From: Eledone cirrhosa
Lineage: Eukaryota
Reading direction: 5' to 3'
Assembly (NCBI GenBank): GCA_964016885.1
Contig: OZ024741.1
Location: 319,176,001-319,240,000, forward strand
DNA: 64,000 nucleotides
How positions within the stretch are numbered: position 1 is the first letter of the stretch; every line of letters starts with the position of its first letter. Positions 26,581 through 39,924 of the stretch are shown piece after piece. The notes beneath the pieces were generated by a model. The model ran no database searches. It was not told the origin of the DNA and saw nothing but the letters and a program-made list of their open reading frames with translations. The translations under genes were made by a program, and so were the position numbers.

Positions 26581-27898
26581 TTAAAGGGTTTTGTGTATAA
26601 TATGATCAAAATATTTACTTCAAGCTTATTTTACTGATCTCTGTTTAGTGAATCACACATACACATCTCACAAACACATACATAATACATACACAGACAC
26701 ATCTACACTCACACACACACACACACATCTACACTCATACTACACACACACACATACACATCTACACTCACACTACACACATCCCAAATTCGCCATCACT
26801 ACACCTGATATTATGCCTCCATACACATGCATCTGTGTATATATCATGAATCATACACTGTTCACTTCACTAACATTTGTACATTATTCTACATACTATA
26901 CATGCACCTTTGATGAGTTGTAGTGCTCCTGAGCACTATCCCGCCGAGGTTAACTTTGCCTTTCATCCTTACGGGGTCAATAAAATAAAGTACCAGTAAT
27001 ACAATGGGATAATTGCTGGCCTTGTGCCAAAAGTAGAAACAATTATAATACACATCTACACACACACATACACATCTACACATACACATCTACACATACA
27101 TACATCTACACATCTACACACATACACATCTACACACATACACATCTAGACACACATACACACATGTACACTTACACAATCTGTTTTCCAAATTTCACTC
27201 ATCAGTTATTGGGTTGCAGAAGAACACATCTGAATGAATCTGAAGCCACATGATTGCAAAGCACCCTTCTTAACCACATGGTCACACATGTATCAGCTAC
27301 ATTAAGGGATATATATTTGACACAGTATTTCTATAATATAATCCCTTCAGATTAAACGACCCCCACCCCCCCACCCCCCACACACCACAACACGTGGTTT
27401 TTTTTTTACAATTTAAACACTTCAGGTATAGAAACAACCCCCCCTCCCTTACACACACACACACTGCAACATGTAGTATCATCATCACCGTTTTACGTCG
27501 ATTCTTCCACGCTAGCATGGGCTAGATTGCCTATATGCTTCGGCTTGTTTCCGTGGGAAGTCGGGTCTTCTGTATTACTGCATGAGGCCAGAGGTCATGG
27601 TCCTGTGTCATTGCTGTTGAGAGGTGGAATTGGGCAAGGTCCGCTTTTATCACCTCGTCCCAGGTCTTCTTGGGTCTCCCAAGAAGTCTATTTTTACAAT
27701 TTAATCCATTCAGGTATGGAAAGAATGACCCCATCCCTTACATACACACACACTGCAACATGTTGAATATTTTTATAATTTAAACCCTTCAGGCATGGAA
27801 GCACACATACCACAACATGTGGAATGCTTCTGTAAGTTAATCCCTTCAGATATGGAAACGACATTTCCCTCCCACATCCTACATGCAGAATAATTTTA

Positions 27899-28099
27899 TA
27901 GCATTTAAACTGGCCATATCCGACCAGAATTCTCTCACCTCTTTCTGTTCAAACCGGCCGTAACTGGCCGCTCATACTGATGTTGAGGTATTGTTCTCAA
28001 AATCTCGTAGATTCAATATTATGTGAGATAATTATGAAAGGTAAAGCCTTTACCACAAAAATACAATATTATATATAGAGTAATGTAAATACTAAAGGG
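27899..28099. mobile_element. MITE family 1
   Basis: Homologous to 26371-26580, left end eroded. Confidence 0.8.
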
Positions 28100-28682
28100 T
28101 TAATCCATTCAGGTATGGAAACAATGACACCCTCACCCATATACATTCTCAACTACAACATGTCCCCTACAGGTACAGATGCAGTGACCTCCAACTCCAC
28201 CACAACATGTAGAGTTTTAGGGTCTTAGTGTAAGTTTTAATTGCTTTATATGTAACACACAGAGCCAGACAAGTACTATTCCCTATAAACAATATCTCAT
28301 GAAAAAATAAATCAGGGTCCCAATTAAATTTTCAGCCAGGGAGAGTGGGGTGAATATGGAAGTTTCATCTACCCTTGACTTATAATAATCTCTGTAAAAC
28401 TTTCTAGTTATAGTTACCACACCACCACTACAACCAGTAAATTCCACATTGACTACCTTCACCAACACCACCACCTCTATAACCTCTTCACCATAACAAA
28501 CACCACCACCACCACTACTACCACAAACAGTAAATTCCACTTCACTACCCTCCCCATCATCACCACCTCCAAATTCCTCCAGTCATATTATCTCACCTCC
28601 CCACCACCACTCTCAACATTATCACAACTATACTATACTCATATATATATACATGTATGTGTATATATGTATGTGTATGTAT

Positions 28683-28727
<45 letters not shown>

Positions 28728-29104
28728 CATGCATGTATATGCATACACATACATACATACATACATAGGCTTCCTCTCACTCTCTTTGTCTCATATATAT
28801 GATAGCGGTGGTGGTGGGGTTTATATGTAAATATACATGTGTGTGTGTGGGAAAGAGAAAGGGCATGTGCACATGTATGTGAAAGAGGGAGTGTGTCTGT
28901 AGTATGTGACTGTGTGTGACTGAGTGTGTGTCGAAGAAGACAGGGGATGACATTGTTGTCACTATGGTGGTCTGTGATTGGTAGAATTCCCCTCGCGCCA
29001 TATATCTATATATATATGCATGTATACTGAATGATGCATATGTGTGTGTGTATATATATATACACACACACATATACACCACTAAGCCATGTATATATAT
29101 ATAC

Positions 29105-29450
29105 ATGGCTTAGTGGTTAGAGCATTGACCTTGCAATCGAAAGGTTGTGAGTTCAATTCTCAGACCGGGTGATGTGTTGTGTCCTTGAGCAAGACACTTT
29201 ATTTCACATTGCTCCAGTTTACTCAGCTGTAGAAATGAAATGATAGGGACTGGGGTCCATATCACTCTACTGCAAAGTGGTCGTGGAGGTGCCATGGCAA
29301 AAAAGCACCCAGCACTCACTGTAAATGAGGTTGGTGTTAGGAAGGGCATCCAGCTGTAGAAATCAAGCCAGAATCAGTTCCCGTCCCACCCTTGCAAGCA
29401 GGGAAAAGCGGACGTAAAATGAAATGATGATGATGATGATGATAATGATG
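29105..29450 (+). mobile_element. CORE-like tRNA SINE family B with RTE-B-derived 3' tail
   Basis: A box TGGCTTAGTGG, B box GAGTTCAATTC, GTGTCCTTGAGCAAGACACTT, tail CCCGTCCCACCCTTGCAAGCAGGGAAAAGCGGACGTAAAATG(ATG)n. Confidence 0.9.
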
Positions 29451-29451
29451 A

Positions 29452-29568
<117 letters not shown>

Positions 29569-29646
29569 ATATATATATGTATATGTATGTATATATATAT
29601 ATGTATGTATATATATATATATGTATATATATATATGTGTATATAT

Positions 29647-30961
29647 GCAATTTGGATTTATCCCTAACTCCAGCTGCTGTGATCAGCTTATCAAGTTCCT
29701 TGAAGACATTACCCGGATCACTGACAGCGGCTCATGGGTGGATGTTGTTTACCTTGACTTCGCTAAGGCTTTTAATTCTGTGCCACACAAAAGACTTATG
29801 GAGAAACTCTCTGCAATGGTTGAAATCCTTCATTCTCAGCCAAAAAGAGGTAGTCACGGTTCTAGGACAGCATTCTTCACCATATGAGATGTCATCTGGT
29901 GTACCACAGGGATCTGTTCTTGGTCCCCTTTTGTTTGTGGCATATATTAATGACATAGATACCAACTTAATGAATGCCACAGTACTGAAATATGCAGATG
30001 ACATCAAGCTGTACCTTGAGATAAAAAGGACAGATCCTGAACACTATAGATCTTGCTTGCAGTCTGAACTGGACACAATGCAACAATGGATCTCAGACTG
30101 GCAACTCAAGCTAGCTGTGGACAAGTGCACCACCATGCATTTTGGGAGTAAAAACCCAGCGTCCACATACTCCCTCCACAGCACTAATATCAAGAAGTCT
30201 TCTTGTGAACGTGACCTGGGCATTATGGTCAGCAGTGATTTGCATTGGATGAAGCACGTCTCTAAAATTGTCAAGAGGGCCGAGGGTGTCTTAGCATCAC
30301 TCAGCAAGACCTTTGTCAGCTGCTCTCCAGCTATCTATTTAAGGCTGTACATGGCTATGGTGCGGCCACACTTAGAATTTGCATCACCAGTCTGGAACCC
30401 CTATCTTGCTCAGAACATTGACCGCCTGGAAACTGTTCAGAGACATGCAACCAAGCGCATACCCTCCATCAGACACCTACCATACTCTGAAGGCCTTGCT
30501 TCCCTGGGCATGGATTCATTGAAGCTCCGACATCTGGCAATGGACTTGGTAAACACCCACAAAGTTATTAACCATCTCGCCAACAACAACCCTGAACACC
30601 TTTTTGATTGCCATGTGTCTAACACACGTGGACATGCCTACAAAGTCAGAAAACAGCACAGCTCCCATGACTTTCGGAAACATTTTTTCACGCTTAGAGT
30701 TGCTGAAGCATGGAAAAAACTGCCTGCATCAGTTGTTAGCTGTCGAGACACTGCATCCTTTAAAACCCTCATACTTCTCGAAATTCGCCAAAACTACACC
30801 TGATGTCCCCCTTCCATACACATGCACACATGTGTATATCATGACTCATGCACTGTTCATTTTCCTGACGTTTGTACATTACCCTATGTACTATACATAC
30901 ACTTTTGATGAGTTGTAGTGCACCTGAGCACTGTACACAATATTTTCATTATTATTATTAT
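29647..30961 (+). mobile_element. 5'-truncated CR1 LINE (same family as 1720-5865)
   Basis: RT C-terminal half near-identical to 4528-5865, with a 26-nt deletion near 29817; (ATT)n tail. Confidence 0.95.
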
Positions 30962-30969
30962 ATATATAT

Positions 30970-31912
30970 ATAAATTCTGGCTATGGAAACAGCAGTTGGA
31001 ATTAAGAGGACTGAGAGTGAACCTAGCTAAGACTAAAGTGTTGATGAGTAGAAAAGAGGACAAAAACTCTGATTCCGTTAGGGAAATGGCCATGTTCAAT
31101 ATGCAGAAAATTCTATAAAATGCACACAATGCTGATCTTGGGTACACAAGAAATGTAGTGGGATAGCAGGCAAACTAACAGGTAGGAAGAAATACGTATG
31201 TAGTAGATGTACAGGGAAATTTGACAGTAGGAGTCGCATTGATAGACACATTTTTCAAATGCATGTGGGTTCTATAGAAGTGGTTGATAGCTTCCGGTAC
31301 CTAGGTGATCAGATTAGCATGGGAATGGGGGGGGGGGGGGGGTTCCAAGGCCATAGTATCTAGAATAAGGACAGGTTGGAAGAAGTTTAGGGAGCTGCTT
31401 CCTCTGCTGATGACGAAGGGTTTCTCCCTGCATACGAAAGGCCGGTTATATGATGCCAGTGTCAGGTGCACGATGCTGCATGGTCGTGAGGCATGGGAAG
31501 CAACTGCAGAGGATATGCAATGGCTGGAGAGAAATGAGGCAAGCATGCTCCGTTGGATGTGCAATGTCAATGTGCGTGAACGACCGAGCATGGATGTGTT
31601 GAGAGAGACACTGTGTTTGAGATGGATAAATTGTAGTGTGCGGGAGAGGAGACTGCGATGGTATGGACATGCAATGCGCATGGAGGATGACCGATGGGTG
31701 AAGAAGTGCCAAGAAATGCCAGTTGAAGGAAGACGTAGTAGAGGAAGACCACAAAAAACATGGGCGGAGGTGGTGAGAGCACACCTCAGATCGCTGAAGC
31801 TCACGGTGGAGGTGACGAAGGACCGTGACAAGTGGAGAGATGCTGTGCTGAATAGGACCTGTCCCACCCTTGCAAGCAGGGAAAAGCGGATGTAAAATGA
31901 TGATGATAATGA

Positions 31913-31915
<3 letters not shown>
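30970..31915 (+). mobile_element. RTE family B 3' fragment
   Basis: Matches 60507-61455. Confidence 0.9.
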
Positions 31916-31959
<44 letters not shown>

Positions 31960-31963
<4 letters not shown>

Positions 31964-32810
31964 GTGTGTCAGAAAAGTTCCAGGACTGATGTCACAAAAG
32001 ATTTATTTCAAACCCAAACTTCACACTAAGAGTTTTCTCCTTCAAAGTAATCCCCCTGGAGTATGTAACTGTAATCTTAGCGATCAAACTTTTTTCTTCA
32101 TAATTTTATATACATGTTCCTCTGTTTCAGGTCGTCAAGCAATGAGCACAGAGCAATGAACAAGCTTGAAGTTTCTGGTACGGTTTTGGAAAAGTCCGTC
32201 AGAAGCACTGGGATTGCTGTAGCAAGTGTATGGAGATGAGATGATGTCACGCTCACGTGTTTTTGAGTGGTGCAAGATGACCCCAGAAGCGGAAAGCCTT
32301 CAACAACCAGGACTGAGGTTAACATTGAGCGCATCAGGCAGATGGTGCGTAGCGATTGTCGGCTGACTGTTTGACTGATGGCAAATGAGCTGGGACAGCG
32401 TCTGGCAGATTCTCACTGAAGATTTGGACATGTGGAAAGTCTGCGCGAAGATGGTGCTAAAACTGCTGAACGATGACCAGAAGAGTCCATGCCTGCAAGT
32501 GTGCCAGGACATCCTCGAGCGTCTTGAAACCGAACCAGACTTGCTAGGGACAGTCATCACCGGTGATGAGTCATGGATCTTCGTGTACGACCCGGAAGAC
32601 GTGGACGACATCTAAAAGGCTGTGATGACAGAACTGTGGAGGATCCCAGAAGAATCCTTCCAGGAGTGAATGCAAGCGTGGCAGAAAAGGATGGAAAAGT
32701 GCATTAGACTCCAGGGGGATTACTTTGAAGGAGAAAACTCTTAGTGTGAAGTTCGGGTTTGAAATAAATCTTTTGTGACATCAGTCCTGGAACGTTTCTG
32801 ACACACCTTG
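31960..32810 (+). mobile_element. Internally deleted mariner element with 103-bp inverted termini, TA-flanked
   Basis: Inverted repeats 31960-32062 and 32708-32810; transposase remnants VITGDESWIFVYDPE and C-terminal QGDYFEG. Confidence 0.9.
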
Positions 32811-32830
32811 TATAACCTATCAAATTTATG

Positions 32831-32863
<33 letters not shown>

Positions 32864-33573
32864 GTCAGAACCTAAGGTACATAAGACCCACCCACTCACT
32901 ACTGTTGATAGTGTTTTGACTAGGCTGATGATGATGACAGTTCTGTTAATGTTGGTGTTCACATTATAATGATGTTGGTGTTGTTTTTCTTGGTGATTAT
33001 AATGACATTCTTTTCAGTATTACAGAAATTCAGCAATCACCAATAATCAGGCAAAAATCTGAAAATGAACAGTATCTGATTGATTTGTATATATAAATTA
33101 TGAATGATTTATTAGTAAAAGAAAATTATTAATGAATGTATAATTATGTTTAAAATGAAATTATGTTTGATAATGTCTATGAAAGAAAATTGTTGCAATT
33201 GATTTAAATGAATGTAGCACAGAACTGTCAACTATCCCCTTCCAAAAGGGAGATCTCCAACCCACTTTGGGGTGGGTGAGAGACGTCTTCTCTGATGTAA
33301 ATGGGTATAGCTTTCATTATGTAAAATATCCCCATTTTGCCTCATTTCTCCCAGTTTTGACGAACATTTTTCATGGTACTCCCCGTTTGCATTTTTAGAG
33401 GTTGGCAGGTCTGGTAGCAGCAAGTGACTGGTGTCTTAAGGACACTTTCCCTGCTATAGCAGGGGTTAGAAAGATAAAACTTCATACTCATCATGGGGTC
33501 CTTTTTGAGGCAATGTTTTACAGCCAGGTGCCTTTTCTGGTATCAACTTGTTTAGTTGCCTCTAATGATTTAA

Positions 33574-33786
33574 GCCTTTAGCATTTAAACTGGCCATAAC
33601 CAGCCAGAATTCTCTCACCTCTTTCTGTTCAAACCAGCCATAACTGGCTCCTCATACCAACTTTTAGGTATTGTTCTCAAAATAAATAATATCAAAATCT
33701 CATAGATTCGATATTATGTGAAATAATTTTGTGAAAATACTATGAAAATACAAAAGTAAATATAGAGTAATGTAAATGCTAAAGAG
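33574..33786. mobile_element. MITE family 1
   Basis: TTAA flanks, homologous to 26371-26580. Confidence 0.85.
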
Positions 33787-34153
33787 TTAAATGAATGTAA
33801 CATGAAATTACATAAGTGGAATTGACTGCATGGTTTAGAAGTTCACTTCTAAAACATGTATCATAGTTCTGGGTTAAGTCGCAATGAGTGGCACCCTGGG
33901 CAAGTGTCTTCAGCTATAGCCCTAGGACATGTAATGCCTTATGAGTGAATTTGGTAGATGGGAACTATGTGTAAGCCTGTCATATACATGTTTGTGCACA
34001 TCTTTGTCTCCAACACACCATTAATTCAGTCAATCTCTACCAAACTAAATAGTATAGCATGACATCAAGAAAGCATTCAACAAAAATTATGTCTCATGCA
34101 TTTTTTAAAATGTATTAGACATTATGTATAGTGATTGCAGGGAATTTCCTTAT

Positions 34154-34371
34154 CCCTTTAACATTTAAACTGGCCATATCCGACCAGAATTCTCTCACCT
34201 CTTTTAGTTCAAACCAGCTGTAACTGGTTGCTCATACTGATGTTAAGGTATTGTTCTCAAAATAAATATCAAAATATCACAGATTCGATATTATGTGACA
34301 TAATTATATAAGATAAAGCCTTTACCGTGAAAATATAATAGTATATCTAGAGTAATGTAAATGCTAAAGAG
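34154..34371. mobile_element. MITE family 1
   Basis: Homologous to 26371-26580. Confidence 0.85.
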
Positions 34372-34734
34372 TTAAAGGACTTAAAACAAAAGAACATTGT
34401 TATAGTTATGGTAGTGGTGCTATTGTGGTAATAATAGCTGTGGTAGTGATTGTGTTGGTGAAAGTTGAGTATAGTCAGGACTTATAACAGTGGGTTCAGC
34501 GTGTACATTAATCTGCAAGTTGGGGTGCAGAGAACCAAAGGATGGATCTGTGAGTATCTGATGTTGCTACCCACCCAAAAATAATAACTCAGCCTTTTTG
34601 AACTTTGAAAAGAACTGCCCTCTTCTCAGTATCTGAAAGTTGTCTTCCTTCTCCATGCAAGATTTTTTTCAAACATCATGGGTGTAATCATGAAGCAGTT
34701 ATAAGAACAGAGCTGGTATATGAGTATTTTGTAA

Positions 34735-34990
34735 CCTAGGCTAGCTCTACAATGTGTGCCTGGGTATTTGACATTCCAAGATAGCTCTACTATATGCCTG
34801 GATATTTAGCACCCCAAGCTGAATCTACAATGTATTCCTGGTTATTTGATGCACTGAGCTAGCTCTGCAATATGTGCCTGGGTATTTAGCATCCCAAGCT
34901 GGCTCTACAATGTATGCATTGGAATTTTGCACCTTAGGCTAGCTCTACAATATGTGCTTTAGTATTTAGCACCATAGACTAGCTCTAAAG
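34735..34990. repeat. About 40-bp tandem repeat, about 6 copies
   Basis: GCTAGCTCTACAATGTGTGCCTGGGTATTTAGCAC-like units. Confidence 0.8.
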
Positions 34991-35331
34991 TTCAAAACAG
35001 CATAATGATTGAATCATATTAAAAATTGAAGTCATTATTCTAATATTCAAAATTTTCACAACAATCTTAGCAAAGAGACTATAAACATTCGAATTAACAA
35101 ACCACATGAAACCACATTAGCAAGACATTCTTGAAAATTACAAAACAATGCTATAATTGTATCACATTAAAAATTAAATCCTTTATTTTAGTTTACTGCA
35201 CATTTTCACAATAATCTATCAACTTAGCAAAGATACTATAAACATTTGAATTAACAAACTTGCTTTTCGATATTTTCTATTAAATCCTGTACATGGTTTA
35301 ATAGAAAATAATCCTTATTTAACATTATTAA

Positions 35332-35548
35332 CCCTTTAGCATCTAAACAGGCCATATCCAGCCAAAATTCTCTCACCTCTTTCTGTTCAAACCAGCTGTA
35401 ACTGGCCACTCATAGTGACGTTAAGGTATTGTTCTCAAAATGAATAATATCAAAATCTCATAGATTCAACATTATGTGAAATATTGTGTGAGGTAAAGCG
35501 TTTACCACGAAAATACAATAGTATATATAGAGTAATGTAAATGCTAAA
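35332..35548. mobile_element. MITE family 1
   Basis: Homologous to 26371-26580, right end eroded. Confidence 0.8.
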
Positions 35549-36844
35549 TTGTTTTTAATCATCCTGCAGCATAAAGATTTTGTAGTTGAGGTAGACTCCA
35601 TTTTGTGCTGTAAATGACAAGATAACTGGTTTATTCAAGTAGCATTGGTAACACACATTTGCTATTGTTACCCTCCCATCTACCAGTCACTTAACATCTC
35701 TTTGCTGCAATGACAGGTTTAAAATGAACAGACAGATAGATAGAAACAACAGGGAAAGAGAGTTAGTTAACTGACCTCACCCTCACCATAGGAATTGAAA
35801 ATATATAAATAAACTAAAAGTCAAAATGGAAGAGGAAGTGGTAAGAAAGAGAGAAAGAAATATAATGAACAAGTTCAGCTATGAGTTTGTGTAGTGTGTA
35901 CTAAACCACAGGTCTTCACATTTCTCCTAATATAATAGATATGGGTGTACAACTGAATTGTTGACAACAGGAAGTGAAAGAACATTGCCCTTAAATCAAA
36001 ATATTATATATTCTTGTCATGAACTGAGAACCGGATACATGGTTTGTTATGACTTAAACAAACATAGTATAAGTTCATTAATTCCTGGTACAATACAGAC
36101 ACCTAGTAAACTACCCACTTAGATTTCATAGTCATCTAATAGCAGTAGGTTATTGTGCCATTATATATTGCAAATACAAGATTAACTCCTAACATCCTGT
36201 AATAACGTAAAAAAAAATACCTAAAAGCAGATTTGCTAATTCAAATGTTTATAGCACCTTTACTGGCAGACAGATGCTGTGAAAATTTGCAATATTAACT
36301 TTTAACATCCTGTAATAATTCAGCAGAAAATATTTAAAAATATGTTTGTGAATTCAAATGTTTATAGTATCTTTACTTGTGGACAGATTGTTGTGGAAAT
36401 TTGTAGTATTAACCCTTAATATCCTGCAATGATTTAGCAGAAAATATCTAAAAACCTATTTGTTAATTATAGTATCTTTACTTGTGAATGGATTGTGAAA
36501 ATTTGTGATATATGACAAAAGGCTTTAATATTTATTGTGATGCAGTCAGATTTGCTGAAAATAATGTGTATGCATATTCTCGGGTCTCGAATAATGATCC
36601 CACACCTGCGTATTCATTTTTCAGCCCCTCACCCCTTGCGTATTTTATTTATCCATTAAAAAATATTATACATGACAAAAAAAGTTCATTACTAGAAATC
36701 CCATATGTTATAAAATAAATAGAATGGGTTGGAGTCTTAACGTGTAAACTAAACAACTAATTCTGTTTTTTTTAAAAATCAATGGTGGTTCATTTTGTAA
36801 TAATAGAATGAACCCAAGAGGTTCATTCTGTCATTACCATAACA

Positions 36845-36935
36845 GGAGTTTGATGAGCTTTTGATTCCAGAGTCGGGTTAGATCGATACAGATCGAATCT
36901 TGAGCTGATCAATAGTGAAATGTGCATCACTACTC
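36845..36935 (+). ncRNA. Degenerate minimal type-I hammerhead ribozyme with long stem II
   Basis: GGAGT-[T]TGATGA-60-nt hairpin-GAAA-TGTGCA-TC-ACT; core C3 mutated. Confidence 0.55.
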
Positions 36936-37093
36936 AATAAATGTAACAAATCATCCTTATTATTATTATTACTATTATTACACTCTGCTTAGTACTACAC
37001 CTCTATACTTACTGGAAACTATGCATTGAATGCTCTCTCTGGTGAACCTACAGTAACTGGATGTTACAATCCTTATATATATACAGTATATAT

Positions 37094-37177
<84 letters not shown>

Positions 37178-37399
37178 CATCATCATTATCGTTTAACGTC
37201 TATTTTCCATGCTAGAATAGGTTAGACAGGTTGTCCTATTAGAGGCAAATTGGGTCAGATGTGTCTTACTCATATAGGACTGTTTCTGGCTAGATTTCTA
37301 TGGCTGGATGCCCTTCCTAAAGCCAACCACATTTACATATAATAAAAATATGCACATATATACATATATATATATACACATATATACAAATAAAAACTG

Positions 37400-39880
37400 A
37401 TAGAGGGTGGTGAGGGCTCTGAAATCCAGTAAGACAACTGCTATAATGCTGGTGACACAAATAATGCACCCAATCCATGCTGTAAAGAGGTTGATGGTAG
37501 GAAGGACATCTAGCCAGAACAAAAACACCCTGCCAAATTTATGGAGGACACAACAAAGATTAATACTAATTGCATATACAGGACTAACACTAGTCATATT
37601 TGTGCTGTGATCAGTAGTGGGGTAACCAGAGTAGATATGTGCCAGACTCTCTTGATTGTCATCAAGCAATTGCATGGTCTTTTCCTCTTCCAGGTACAAA
37701 GAACTACTCAAGGAATTAACCACGGTCAACTTACAAATCTCAGGACTGCTACATTTAATCATGGCACTCTGAAAGGTAAATCAGGTGAAATTGTAGAACT
37801 GTTAAAGAGATGAGAAGTGGATGCATGCTGTGTACAAGAAGTGAGATGGAGGGGTGCTTCAGCAAGACTACTCACAGACAGAATAAATACAAACTTTACA
37901 GGGCAGGAAATGAAGATGAGGTAGGTGATGTAAGCATTCTGCTAGCTGAGAAATGGATAGATAAGGTGTTAGAGGTAGTTAGAGTAAGTGATAGAATTAT
38001 TGAGCTTAGAATAGCTGTAGGAAATAGAATGGTGACAGTTACATTTACTTATGCACCACATGTAGGACTGAGTAAAGAACAAAAGACATGTTCTGTGAGG
38101 AGCTTTTACAGACAACCTCATCATCTTGGTAGGTGACTTCAAAGGACATGTTAGGCAGTACCAGGATAGATTCATTGGGATGCATTTGATGAGAGGGGTG
38201 ATGAGCTAGGTACATATAACATTGAGGACAATTAGAAATTCTTACATAACAAGTTTTTGTGAACTACTGCTGACACTTGTGGCTGGAGTAAAGTGCAAGA
38301 CTGAGAGAGGGTGACTTTGTGGTGGAACAGAACTGTGGATAGAGCCACTTAAGCCAAGAGACAAGCATGGAAAAAGTGGAAAAATGGGGGTTGTAGAAAC
38401 CGGTATAAAGTAGCTAAGAGAGAAGTTAAACAGCAGGTATACACAGCTCAGAAATGCTGAAAAAAAAAGTTTGTCAATATCTTCAGACATAAGGATCTCA
38501 GACGCGAAGTGTTCTGCATTACAAGGCAGTGTCAGTGTGAATTGGGGAAAGTTTGTTAGAAATGATGCACAAAAGAAGGACCAACTATTGAAGTTGACAG
38601 TTATAAGGTCAAAGAAACAATCAAGGAGATGAAGAATAGTAAAGCTGCAGGACCATCAGAGGTAGATGCTAAAAGCACGGGGAGAAGTAGGAGTTGAACT
38701 AGTAACCTGCATAGTCAGTCAGGTAGTACAGGATGGAGTCACACCCAATGACTGGTGGAATAGTACAATCATAAATTGCTACAAGGGCAAAGATGATGCT
38801 CTAGAAAGGAGCAAATATAGAGGAATAAAACTAATGGACCAAGTTATGAAATGACAGAAAGAGTTATAGCACAGCTAATTAGAGAAAGATTCAAATTAGA
38901 CAAGATGCCATTTGTTTTCATGCATGAGAAAACTACTACATATGCCCTCTTTTTAGTGAGAAGTTCCTAGCCAAGAATAAGTTGCTATATTTAGCTTTTG
39001 TTTATCTAGTAAAGGCACTTGATGGAGTACCTTGATCTATTATCTGGTGGTTCTTCAAGAAATTGTGTGAGGAAGAATGGCTTGTGAGACCAGTCAATAA
39101 AGTGAGAGTGGGAAGTGAGTTTAGTGAGAATTCAAGGTACAGGTTAGGAGTTCATCAAGGTTCAGTTCTTAGACCACTGCTGTTTATCATAGTTCTACAG
39201 GTTATAATAGAGGAGTTTAAGACTGGTTGTCCATGTGAACTTCTTTACATGGATGATCTGGTCCTTATAGCTGAATTCATAAAAGAACTGGAGAATAAGT
39301 TCTGACTATGGGAACAGAATTTGGAATCAAAAGGTCAGAGTAATCTTAGCCCAAACTAAAGTGCTAGTACATAGGAAAGAAGATAGGACCCTGATTCCCT
39401 CAAGGAAGTGGCCATACTCAATAAGTAGAAAAGGAATAAGCATAAACTCTATAAGATGTACACAAGGTAAATCTTGGATACACAAGAGATATAGCAGGAT
39501 ATCAGGTAGACTAGCAGGAAGGGAAGAATTTTTATGTAAAAGATGCACAGGGGTAATCAAAGGATCTGTAGAAGTGGTTGATAGCTTCTGATATCTAGGT
39601 GACTTAATTAGCAATGGAGAAGGGTGCTCTGAGTGCTAGAATAAGAATAGGATGGAAGCTTAGAGAGCTACTCCCACAACAAAAGGTTTCTTCCTACATG
39701 TCAGGAAATCCCAGTGAAAAGAAGTCGTGGTAAAGGAAGACCTGGTCAGAGGTGGTGAAAGCCGATCTCAAGTTGCTGAGACTCACAGAGATGTTGAAGG
39801 AACATGGCATGTGGAGAGATGCTGCGCTGAAACGGACTTGTCCAACCCATACAAGGATGTAAAAACGATGATGATGATGA
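37400..39880 (+). mobile_element. Old, heavily degraded RTE family B-like LINE
   Basis: 5' UTR box, APE, RT and tail remnants collinear with 58205-61455. Confidence 0.85.
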
Positions 39881-39924
39881 TATATATATACACACACACA
39901 CGTACATAATACAATATATATGTA

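Noticed and set aside
37013-37047. Possible host exon FTRESIQCIVS (minus)
   Set aside because: Good donor but weak acceptor, and only 35 nt; could be chance
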